This document shows positions 48,789-60,200 of a DNA stretch of 64,000 bases, one piece after another. The notes under the pieces are model-generated. The model was not told the origin of the DNA. It searched no databases and saw only the letters and a program-made list of their open reading frames with translations. The position numbers were made by a program, and so were the translations under genes. Source of the DNA: Tubulanus polymorphus (Eukaryota; Animalia; Nemertea); contig NC_134028.1 in assembly GCF_964204645.1 (NCBI RefSeq), positions 558,001 to 622,000 on the forward strand. Reading direction: 5' to 3'. The first letter of the stretch is position 1, and each line of letters opens with the position of its first letter.

Positions 48789-51700
48789 TCCCTCTCTCTC
48801 TCTCTCCTCTCTGACGCACGACTGATACACGTGTTTCTGGTCTATTGTTTTTAGATCTTACGCTTTATTGCCTCCTCTCAGCGAATGGATTCGAATATCT
48901 AGAGCATTTATGCAATATCACAATCGATCGATCGTTGATCAAATGGATGTGAATCAAACCGCCAGAACATTGCTTCCATTCGTCGATAGTACGCCGTGTG
49001 ATACGAGGTAGGGTCACCTCGGGTCCGTCACTCCAAAACGCTACAAAACAAACATTTTAAGCGGATAATATTCATTTCCTATTTTTTTACAGTTGTTTAT
49101 TATGTTGGCAGCAGCCGATCAACGACTTATCTGCACCTGCCCCAACCGCTACCCAGCAGCAGCAGCAGCAGCAGCAGTTGCAGTCATCACGTCTACATAT
49201 ACACAGTCTACTCAATCATCTGAGTAGCGTGGGTCATTTAGAATCGATATCTGAGTTATTATCAACAGGTGTATCGGGGTGTCTGGATCTACCAGATAAA
49301 CAGGTAAATTACTCTCCTCAAACCTAGCTGATTCCAACCCTTCTCCCCAAACCTCCCTCCCATCCACCGCCCACCCAGTCCTCCACCACCGCCCACCCAG
49401 TCCTCCACCACCGCCCACCCAGTCCTCCACCACCGCCCACCCAGTCCTCCACCACCGCCCACCCAGTCCTCCACCACCGCCCGCCCAGTCCTCCACCACC
49501 GCCCGCCCAGTCCTCCACCACCGCCCACCCAGTCCTCCACCACCGCCCGCCCAGTCCTCTACCACCGCCCACCCAGTCCTCCACCACCGCCCGCCCAGTC
49601 CTCCACTACCGCCCGCCCAGTCCTCCACCACCGCCCGCCCAGTCCTCCACCACCGCCCGCCCAGTCCTCTACCACCGCCCGCCCAGTCCTCCACTACCGC
49701 CCGCCCAGTCCTCCACCACCACCCGCCCAGTCCTCTACCACCGCCCGCCCAGTCCTCCACCACCGCCCGCCCAGTCCTCCACCACCGCCCGCCCAGTCCT
49801 CCACCACCGCCCGCCCAGTCCTCTACCACCGCCCACCCAGTCCTCCACCACCGCCCGCCCAGTCCTCCACCACCGCCCGCCCAGTCCTCCACCACCGCCC
49901 ACCCAGTCCTCCACCACCGCCCACCCAGTCCTCCACCACCGCCCACCCAGTCCTCCACCACCGCCCGCCCAGTCCTCCACCACCGCCCGCCCAGTCCTCC
50001 ACCACCGCCCACCCAGTCCTCCACCACCGCCCGCCCAGTCCTCCACCACCCAGTCCTGAGAAATATTTACATCCAAATGAAAGATAAACTGATAATGATA
50101 TTGTTGCAGGGATTGACTGTACTCATGTATTCTTCTATCCACGGTGATCTAACTATGGCCAAGAAACTTTACAAAATGGTGCTAATCCGAATATACAGGT
50201 ATGATACATCAGGATACTCGCAGACAAGTATCAGGATACACTCGCAGTCATTGTGAAGGGATACGTAAATTATTATATAATATTCTGTCAATAGGTAAAC
50301 AGTGTGACGTCATCGAATTCATGTATTCACCCAGAAATAGAAGGATGGACGGCCTTGACATTCGCTACAGTCAAATCACATATTTCATTAGTTAAAGTAT
50401 GTATTTTTTTCTGGATAATTTCCGAGATTTTACTGGGTTTAATAATTTTATTGGATCATGATTTCGAGATTTCGCTGGATTATAAATTATAGATTTTGCT
50501 GGATTATAAATTATAGATTTTGCTGGATTATAAATTATAGATTTTGCTGGATTATAAATTATAGATTTTGCTGGATTATAATGCTAATGTGGAATGTGGA
50601 GTGATGTTGGCAGAAGATAACAGTACCCACACAGCATTACAGCTAGCAGCAGCAGCAGGTAGGTAGCCTGTCTAATATCGTTTTATCATTTTTTTAATAA
50701 TCCTGTATAATGTGTCTGTGATTGTAGGTGATAGTAATATAGTTAATGAACTATTAACACATAAAGCCGATCCTTATCAGAGAATAATGCATAGAGGGAA
50801 TACACTGATAAGCGGCAGTCGTAGTGGTCAAACTGCGTTTTCATTGGCTGCTGCTCATGGAAACAGGTATCGTTTACTCAATCAAATAAACCGCAATTTT
50901 TCCGTCGTTCAAACATTTATAAATAATTCTGTTATTTTTGTATAGATCGATATTACGTCAATTATTGATGCATCCAATTATCAGGAAACCAAATGATATT
51001 CTATCCTTAGAGGAAATACTAGCGGAGGGGAATGATGATAATGAGAATGAACCAATCAAAAACCTCTTTACACGGGTGATTATCTGACTGCAGTTCTAAT
51101 TGGCTGACTGAAGTATATATGCAAATAAGTTTAATGATGTAGTTCTACCGCTTGATCGACAGGTTGATGAGAATGAATATGCAACAGTAGATGAAATATC
51201 TGGAGAATCAAAGAAACAAAAAACAGCAGTATTTAATTCGACATTGATTCAAAAATTGAATAAACATCAAGTCAAAGCTTTACAAGATGCTCTTTACTAC
51301 AGTTCAGAGAATGGGCACATAGATATAGCTTTAGAACTGAGAGGACTAGGTAGGTATAACCCCTAGCTCTGGAACTAGAGAGGGCTAGGTAGGTATAACC
51401 CCTAGCTCTGGAACTAGAGAGGGCTAGGTAGGTATTACCCCTAGCTCTGGAACTAGAGAGGGCTAGGTAGGTATAACCCCTAACTCTGGAACTAGAGAGG
51501 GCTAGGTAGGTATAACCCCTAGCTCTGGAACTAGAGAGGGCTAGGTAGGTATAACCCCTAGCTCTGGAACTAGAGAGGGCTAGGTAGGTATAACCCCTAG
51601 CTCTGGAACTAGAGAGTTAGACCTGCAGTTTTGGTTTTTGTGACCTCTATCTTGCCTTATTGGCATTATTCTATTTTTTTCTGAATTTGTCTCATTCAAA

Positions 51701-53233
51701 GGCCTGCCCTGGACCTTCTATACTTGGACTCAATGTTTACACACGGCAGCTACGATGAGAAGAAGAGCTATCGTACAATGTTTAATCAAAGATTTCACCA
51801 GTATTCGTGAGGAATATGCTGAAAATTTCTATGCAGAAACTATTCCTTTGATGTTTGATATTTTCAAGAAAAGTAAAGTAAGTTTTTACTGGAACAGCTC
51901 GCAGTCGACTCAATAATAGTGTCTCGTTGTGATTTCATTACTTATTGCGATTGGTTGATTTTTAGAACGAAGCATCAAGTCAATTATTGGCGAATACAAT
52001 CACTAATCTATACAATACTGAACCAGAATTACCTCAAGTAATGGCTGATTCTCCAGCTAGAATTGGTAAGCATGACCAGTCTGAGAACTGATGACTGATT
52101 CACTGCAATCATGAGTTGATGTTTTATGTTCTATTTTTTCAGATGCAAATTATGTGAATAATCCTGATTTATCAGATGTTCAATTCCTCATTGAAGGCAA
52201 ACTATTTTATGCTCATAAAATTGTATTAATAACAGCCTCAAAACAGTTCAAAAATATGTTAACTACCTCTTCACAGTTCAGCGGGGAAAATGTAACTCAT
52301 CCCTGTATCGAAATTAAAGACATTAAATATGGAATATTTGAGGTAAATAGAAACGCAGTCAGTTTCATCGTGAATATCAGCCCCAGTTTTATATTCCAGA
52401 AATTCTCATTTCAGCTGATCATGCAATATCTGTATAAGGGATGTATGAAAATGCCAACTATAGCAAGTACGGATTTGTTAGAGGTGAGTGTTATAGGTCA
52501 ACAACATGCTCCCTACCAGATACTGAGTGTTTAGATGTTTCTTGTTTTACAGGTGATGGCTGCAGCTCAGCTACAGATACTGGGTGTTTAGATGTTTCTT
52601 GTTTTACTGGTGATGATTCAGCTCAGCTACAGCTACTGAGTGTTTAGATGTTTCTTGTTTTACAGGTGATGATTCAGCTCAGCTACAGCTACTGAGTGTT
52701 TAGATGTTTCTTGTTTTACAGGTGATGATTCAGCTCAGCTACAGATACTGAGTGTTTAGATGTTTCTTGTTTTACAGGTGATGATTCAGCTCAGCTACAG
52801 ATACTGAGTGTTTAGATGTTTCTTGTTTTACAGGTGATGGCTGCAGCTCATTTTTTCATGTTAAATCCATTGATTCGTCATTGTGAAGTTGTTTGTGCAA
52901 AGAATCTGACGATAGCAAATTGTATCACGTATTACAGACATGCCAAGGTAAAAAGAGCTAAATAACTACGAATATGATCCTATTTTCCTTTACTCTTCGA
53001 ACATTTCTCATTTATAGCTGATGAATGCAACTGCACTTAAGGAATATACTGAAGGATTCTTTTTACGAAATCTCTCAACTTTGCTGATCAAAAACAATAC
53101 ATTTACTAGAACTATATTCAGCAGTAAATCTCATAACTGTGATATATTACAAGGAATGTACGAGACACTAGTGAATAGATTACAGGAACGAACGACTGTA
53201 AACGCAAACAGATCAGAATTCAATCACAGTTAA
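45940..53233 (+). CDS. ABTB2: Ankyrin repeat and BTB/POZ domain protein, ABTB2/BTBD11-like (histone-fold region, ankyrin repeats, BTB)
   Basis: Exon 1 (45940-47548) has a low-complexity N-terminus, then an H2A-like fold (SARSGLTFSVRKFHKWM..AAIWLTACLENLAEEV). Ankyrin exons give GLTVLMYS, GWTALTFA, TALQLAAAAG and TAFSLAAAHG. DILSLEEILAEG and LGLPWTFYTW follow. BTB gives YVNNPDLSDVQFLIEGKLFYAHKIVL. Stop at 53233. Confidence 0.9.
46494..46678 (+). repeat. Coding 21-24 bp repeat (GPVTSSP[S/L]) x~8, followed by a poly-Gly tract at ~46765-46875
   Basis: Visible in the ORF 45940 translation and in the DNA. Confidence 0.9.
48701..48811. repeat. (CT)n microsatellite, intronic
   Basis: Directly visible. 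Confidence 0.98.
49363..50057. repeat. 22-bp C-rich minisatellite (CCAGTCCTCCACCACCGCCC[A/G]C), ~31 copies, intronic
   Basis: Unit spacing 49380 to 49402. Confidence 0.95.
50467..50582 (+). repeat. 24-bp tandem repeat spanning a 3' splice site of the ABTB gene
   Basis: AAATTATAG|ATTTTGCTGGATTAT; AGs end at 50492, 50516, 50540 and 50564. Confidence 0.9.
51334..51617 (+). repeat. 39-bp tandem repeat spanning a 5' splice site of the ABTB gene
   Basis: CTAG|GTAGGTAT; GTs at 51350, 51389, 51428, 51467, 51506, 51545 and 51584. Confidence 0.9.
52517..52850 (+). repeat. 56-57 bp tandem repeat spanning a 3' splice site of the ABTB gene (6 copies)
   Basis: TGTTTCTTGTTTTACAG|GTGATG; AG ends at 52552, (52609 is TG), 52665, 52721, 52777 and 52833. 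Confidence 0.9.
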
Positions 53234-54227
53234 AACCATCTTCATCCGTCAAGGGATTCGAACCCACTACGCTAAAGCTGTTCCTCGAACTGGTGGAAGC
53301 GGATACCGGACCCCCGGCAAGCGAGGATGAGTTAAAACTGATCTCATCTCAGTGTTTGTAAGTGTTCAGGCCTACCTCGCGGTTCGTACCTGAGCCGACA
53401 CTGGTTAAATCTTTATTTTAAATACCAGGCTTCATATTCATATGTCACATGTCACATGTCATACTAATATCAGGTAATACCTCATCTTATAACATTTAGT
53501 GCAATCATAATCGGGTTTTTTATTGGATTTGTATTCTGTTCTCATGGATTTATTTTCTGTAATATATGAATCATTCTATATTGTTTACAATTAAAATATC
53601 GTTTAAATCAATTGCTATTCTTTTTTCTGGGGGGTCAATTTTCACTGAATTGAACTTCTAAATCGATAAGAAACCCAGACAGATTACTCCAACGATGATG
53701 AACAAAATAACGAAGATCAACAATCACAAAGCCGAAAAGGTACATCATATAAGAATAATCGAAATCAAATCGGTGACCATAATACTGATATCCCAAACAT
53801 GGGTAGCTCCAGTGCTGAGGCGTGTTTGATTGACCGTGCGAACACAATAAGGTAGACCGGTTTCACCTTAATAAAATGTATCACAATCAAAAGAAGAGAT
53901 TTCATAAAAACCAGCATCTAAGCTGGACACGTTTTAGATAAATGACTAGAAATGTTGTCATTTATAACCGTACTCCGGCTATGGCGGCACGGGATCGGCA
54001 CTTAAATCCGGAAACACCCGCGGACAAAGGCGGCAAGATAGTCATCATGGTTTCAGCGGACTACGATCAGAAAATGGATACAATTCTTTCCAAAGTCAAC
54101 TTGAGTTTCACTGACGCTAGTGGCACAGCCAGAACCTGGCGCCGGCCGGGGCGCCGGCCCGCTCTCTCTTGGGTCTCCATCTCACCCTACTCCGTCTAGT
54201 GCTGCCATCTATAGTGATATATTTATA

Positions 54228-57200
54228 ATGGCCGCCGCTGGTGATTGGATTAAAATAGTGTGTATCGAGAAAGATGAAAATATTGGTTTTGGATTTTCTA
54301 TTTTAGGCGGATACGGTTGTGATTTACCACCAGTTATATTTGATATTTTACAGGATTCACCAGCAGGGCGCTGCAATCAGGTACGCTTCCTCCCTCCCGC
54401 GTCCAAATTTGTTTTACTACTTATTTTAGTACTTCCCCAAATTGACAGTTGCCCGATGGTGGAGTCTGACGACCTATACCAGTATACTAGTCTGTGAGAT
54501 TTGTTTGTTGTTGTTTATCAGTCTCTGGTCCAGGTTTAGATGGGGGGGGGGGGGTAGTAGTAATTGTGTGTACAGTAATTCCTTAGATTGTAATTCCTTA
54601 ATTCATTAGATTGTATCCTTGTTTTCAATGAGGATCAGATCGAACTTAAATGATAACTGTCAGCCGCTGACTTTCTCCAGGATCCTGGGAGGAGGATGTG
54701 TTCCAACTCTTGTACCCTTTCAACTCCCTAGCTGTCTCCAGCCCTGCTAGTGTGATGTATTACCCTTGTTTTCTGTTGTAACCTACGGATGTTGCTACCC
54801 TTGAAGGAGAATTGAGTTAATTACTAATTAATGAGTGACCTTTAAATATTAATTACCTTCTAATTAGATACCTTTGATTTTGTCATTCTGCTTCATTAAG
54901 AAAATGATAAATTGGATTGTTAGTAAGCTGCCAGCAGCTAAACTCTGTTCAACAAGTGTATAAAGTGGATATTTAACCGTATAGGCCCTACTACGCCCCT
55001 ATGCCCCCACGCCCCTACTACGCCCCTACGGCAAAGTATTTACTTCTGCACCGTACATTATTACTATATAGGCCTATATAGTAATAATGTTCAGTAAAAT
55101 AGCGGATATATATAGTATTAACTAATAAAGTAACAATAAAATCATTATATTAGGTTTAGGGTTAGGGCTTTGATAGGGTTAGTGTCGAGAGGGTGAGAAG
55201 AGGGTCCAGAGGGTTCCGTTTTACCCCTAGGGATAGGATTAGGGTAGGGTGAAGTAGGCCTACTATAGATAGATTGGTTTTCATCGAGCTCGGTAGTCTA
55301 TTGGTATGATGCTGCGCTAGTAATTTACTGGCCCGGGTTCGAGTCTCGCTCTATCTGCTCTTTACTCTGTTCTCCACACTTTCCTTCGAATTTTCTTAAG
55401 TCGCGCACCTCTGTGCGCATGCGCAGAGTAAATCAGCCAATCAGCAATGATCTACGGTAAAATAGCGGAAATAAACACTACCATATACGGTTAAATATCC
55501 AACTGCAGACTTTCAGTGTTACACAGACTGACAAAAAGAGATGGAGAGCGGGGACTGGACACAAACATTGATCTCTAACCCTAACCCTAGGTTCCCACTA
55601 ACCCTAACCCTAGTTCCTGGACACTAACATTGCTCTCTAACCCTAACCCTAGGTTCCCACTAACCCTAACCCTAGTTCCTGGACACTAACATTGCTCTCT
55701 AACCCTAACCCTAGCTCCAGCCCACCCGGGATTTGAACCTGGGTCTCTCATTTGCCAGTCCACTCTCCTAACCACTAGACCACTGTGCTCTAGTGCCTGT
55801 CAGTGTTTGTCAGTTAGTCTGGTCAATGTGGTGACCCATTGTGCTGTGGTGACCTGTCAGGTGTGGTCAAATCTATTCAAATACAACACCTGATATTCTG
55901 TGAATGCTGGAATTCTTATAAAGCTCATTTTCAGGAGCTGCTAAAATTAAATGTGAAAGGATAAATTCACTTGTTAGGGCTGAGATATAATAACCACCAG
56001 TACCCGATACTTCACTGTAGTGAATCGCTTCAATATCTGAGTATAATCTCTACAGGGATCTGATAATGTCAAAGTTAAACACTTTTTATTTGTCCCTAAG
56101 GCTTTTCTTAATGATTGCAGATTCCCCACAGTGTAGTAGACAGGAGTTGTAGACACGAGGAGTTGTAGACACGAGGAGTTGTAGACACGATGAGTTGTAG
56201 ACACGAGAAGTTGTAGACACGAGGAGTTGTAGACACGAGGAGTTGTAGACACGAGGAGTTGTAGACACGAGGAGTTGTAGACACGAGGAGTTGTAGACAC
56301 GACGAGTTGTAGACACGAGGAGTTGTAGACACGACGAGTTGTAGACACGAGGAGTTGTAGACACGAGTTGTAGACAGGTGGAGTTGTAGACAGGTGGAGT
56401 TGTAGACACCAGGAGTTGTAGACACGAGGAGTTGTAGACACGATGAGTTGTAGACACGAGGAGTTGTAGACACGAGGAGTTGTAGACACGTGGAGTTGTA
56501 GACACGAGGAGTTGTAGACACGAGGAGTTGTAGACACGAGGAGTTGTAGACACGAGGAGTTGTAGACAGGTGGAGTTGTAGACAGGTGGAGTTGTAGACA
56601 GGTGGAGTTGTAGACACGAGGAGTTGTAGACACAAGGAGTTGTAGACACGAGGAGTTGTAGACACGAGTTGTAGACAGGTGGAGTTGTAGACACGAGGAG
56701 TTGTAGACACGAGAAGTTGTAGACACGAGGAGTTGTAGACACGAGGAGTTGTAGACACGAGTTGTAGACAGGTGGAGTTGTAGACAGGTGGAGTTGTAGA
56801 CACCAGGAGTTGTAGACACGAGGAGTTGTAGACACGATGAGTTGTAGACACGAGAAGTTGTAGACACGAGGAGTTGTAGACACGAGGAGTTGTAGACACG
56901 AGGAGTTGTAGACACGAGGAGTTGTAGACACGAGGAGTTGTAGACACGAGGAGTTGTAGACACGACGAGTTGTAGACACGACGAGTTGTAGACACGACGA
57001 GTTGTAGACACGACGAGTTGTAGACACGACGAGTTGTAGACACGACGAGTTGTAGACACGACGAGTTGTAGACATGAGGAGTTGTAGACACGACGAGTTG
57101 TAGACACGACGAGTTGTAGACATGTGTTGATATTGTGTTGGAGACTGTCATTTATCCCAGTCAGTTTCCAGCTAGTAATTGGGAAACTCCTGCGTTTATG

Positions 57201-60200
57201 GATTATGCAAATACAGTAATTAATAAATGATGTTAATTAATGTATGCGAATTAATTAGATATATGTCTCAGTACGTACTGTATGTCCTGAGTGTATTAAG
57301 TTATACATAGTGTGTTTATTTCTGATATCACAGTTTCAACAATTTCAGCTAGAAATTGGTGATGTAATAAAACAAGTGAACGATACTGATGTCTCCTCTA
57401 TGACGACTAAAGAGGGTAGGCACTATACAGGCTCTCTATTCACCTCTCTATTTATACCTCTCTTTCTCTATACTTCAGTCTCTAGTTTACTCTATGATTT
57501 ATTATTGATCAATGGTTTCATCTGTTTCAACATTGAATACAGTATGATATTTGATAGGGATTAAATACATCTCTGATCAGGGTCAGGGTTGATCAGGTTC
57601 CAGATACATCTCTGATCAGGGTCAGGGTTGATCAGGTTTCAGATACATCTCTGATCAGGGTCAGGGTTGATCAGGTTTCAGATACATCTCTGATCAGGGT
57701 CAGGGTTGATCAGGTTTCAGATACATCTCTGATCAGGGTCAGGGTTGATCAGGTTTCAGATACATCTCTGATCAGGGTCAGGGTTGATCAGGTTTCAGAT
57801 ACATCTCTCATCAGGGTCAGGGTTGATCAGGTTTCAGATACATCTCTGATCAGGGTCAGGGTTGATCAGGTTCCAGATACATCTCTGATCAGGGTCAGGG
57901 TTGATCAGGTTTCAGATACATCTCTGATCAGGGTCAGGGTTGATCAGGTTTCAGATACATCATCTCTGTGAACTGTGTTGTGTAAACCTTTGATCAATAA
58001 ATAGTTTGCATGATAGTTCAGTTATATTGCTGTATTGTATCTGATCTTGGGGGCAGACAGACAGACAGACAGACAGACGGACAGACAGACAGGAGGGCTA
58101 GCAGGTCTGTAGGCTGATATGCAGGCTCGCTGGCTGACTGATTTTATGTAATTTTTAAACATTTCTAGTTTTTGTCTTTTACAGTTTGTTCTTCAATACT
58201 GTTCCCGACAGATCCCCCCCCCCAAACTGACCTCCTTGCTCCCTACCGACCACCCTCCTTAACTGGCCTCACTCCCTTCAGATGCCCCCCTCCCTCCCCA
58301 CTAAACTGCCTCCTCGCTCCCTATGGACCAGCCCCCTGAGCCCCCCTGCTCCCCCTATACCAGTATTTACACGTATTATATATATTTGTATTGTTTTTAT
58401 GCATGTTTACAGTTACTGCATCATCTACACAGATATTCACTATTAAAACTGATTGTTTTTTTGGTTTTATTTATTTCAGTTTTGAGACAATTAAAACAAT
58501 CAGAAGCGAAGTTAATTCTGAAGTTATTTAGAGGTAAGTCGTACCCCTCCACACACACACTGGATAGTTCCACCGTGGATAGTTCCACCGTGGATAGTTC
58601 CACCGTGGATCGTTTGTTGTTTATCATTATCTGAGTTTTTTTCCCTCATGTTTCACCGATGCGTAGATGAGGAAACCATGGAAACTGATTCTTATAAACC
58701 AGTATTGATTCACTGCAGGTTTCTCGATGTAAGTTTTCAGATTTCACTTTGAGGGGAGAGGGGGAGGAGAGGGGGGTAAGGGGAGGAGACCTGCGTGTAT
58801 GTGAATCTGTACGTGTATCTGTGTGTATCCATGTTGGTGTATCCATGTGTATCAATGAGGTTTGTTATACACGGTAATTGATATGGTTTTCAACTCAATG
58901 ACATTCAATTGAGCACTGATGGAAAAGTACTTATCGTAGTATCATTTATTGCTGTTATTAAGTACCATTATGAAAGTACTCGATATTATATTGAAGCTTT
59001 GATGCTATGAATATTTGATTACTGCCAGACTGACTGAGAGTGAGTGGGAGAGAGAGGAGAGAGAGAGAGGAGAGAGAGAGGAGAGAGAGAGAGGAGAGAG
59101 AGAGACGGAGACTACTGTTATATACAATATCAGCAGTTCAGTATATTATTAATAGATATTGATCAGACAGAGCGGTGCGACTGACTGACTGCCTGCTACA
59201 TGTGAGACACATTGACACACACAGACGGGCGACTAGAGAGACAGAGAGAGAGAGAGACTGATTTATTGATGAAATTGATGATTTATAGCTCTAACCCTCT
59301 AACCCAAACTACAGACCCGTCTCTAATTTGAAACCTGCATTGCTGATTTCACATCAGTTCACTGTCCTAGCTCTGATATAGTTTGTAAGTTCTCCCTCCC
59401 TCCTTCCCTCTCTTCTCTCTCCCTTCCCTCTCTCCTCTCTTCCCTCTCCCCTCTTCCCTCCCTCTCCCCACCTCTCTCTTCCCTCTCTCCCCTCCCTCTC
59501 CCCTCCCTATCCCCACCTCTCTCTCCCTCCCTCTCTCCCCTCTCTTTCCTCCCTCTCCCCACCTCCCTCTTCCCTCTCCCTCCCTCTTTCGATAGTCTAT
59601 AGTGTTGTCTATGTATTACCACTGTAGGTAATATGTAGATATCTCATTAATGCCATGTGTATCCTCACTCGCCCCTCGCTCTCTTTCTCTCTCTCACTCT
59701 GTAAGTGTACAAATCTGAAATCAATAATTTGTATCTGAAAAAAATGATTTCCACTGGTTTCTACTGGTCTATGTGCGTGTGTGAGAGAGGATGAATCATC
59801 AATACCACTAACACTCACTCACTGACTGAACACAGTTAGTAGTACACTCATCAAACAGTGTATCTATCATCAAACAGTGTATCTATCATCAAACAGTGTA
59901 TCATCAAACAGTGTATCAAACTGGATCCACAGCCTTCAACTTCATGGATTTTAAAGCAACTTCTTAAGAGATTGATCGACAGTTGACTGTACTGGGAATT
60001 GAGCTGCAGCTGTATGAGTGTTCACTGTAGCTGCTGCTGCTGCTGCTGCTGCACAGTTTTCTTTGTGTGTTATCACTTTGTCTTATTTCAGTCTGTTTTC
60101 ACCGGCCGGCGGGTGTCAGTTTGTCAGTCTGGTAGTCTGGATCAATGTACTGCAGCTATACACCTATAACTAACTCTTATACTGAGATCTTTAACTAATG

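Noticed and set aside
49212-50142. Gly/Trp-rich minus-strand ORFs
   Set aside because: Translations of the 22-bp intronic repeat.
55150-55716. True telomere or chromosome fusion site
   Set aside because: Only two or three hexamers per block, embedded in larger repeat units inside an intron.
55287-55783. Functional tRNA genes
   Set aside because: A and B boxes are present, but I could not build complete acceptor and anticodon stems. Treated as SINE or pseudogene-like.
55974-57151. Three overlapping ~350-aa minus-strand ORFs
   Set aside because: All three are translations of the 16-bp minisatellite.
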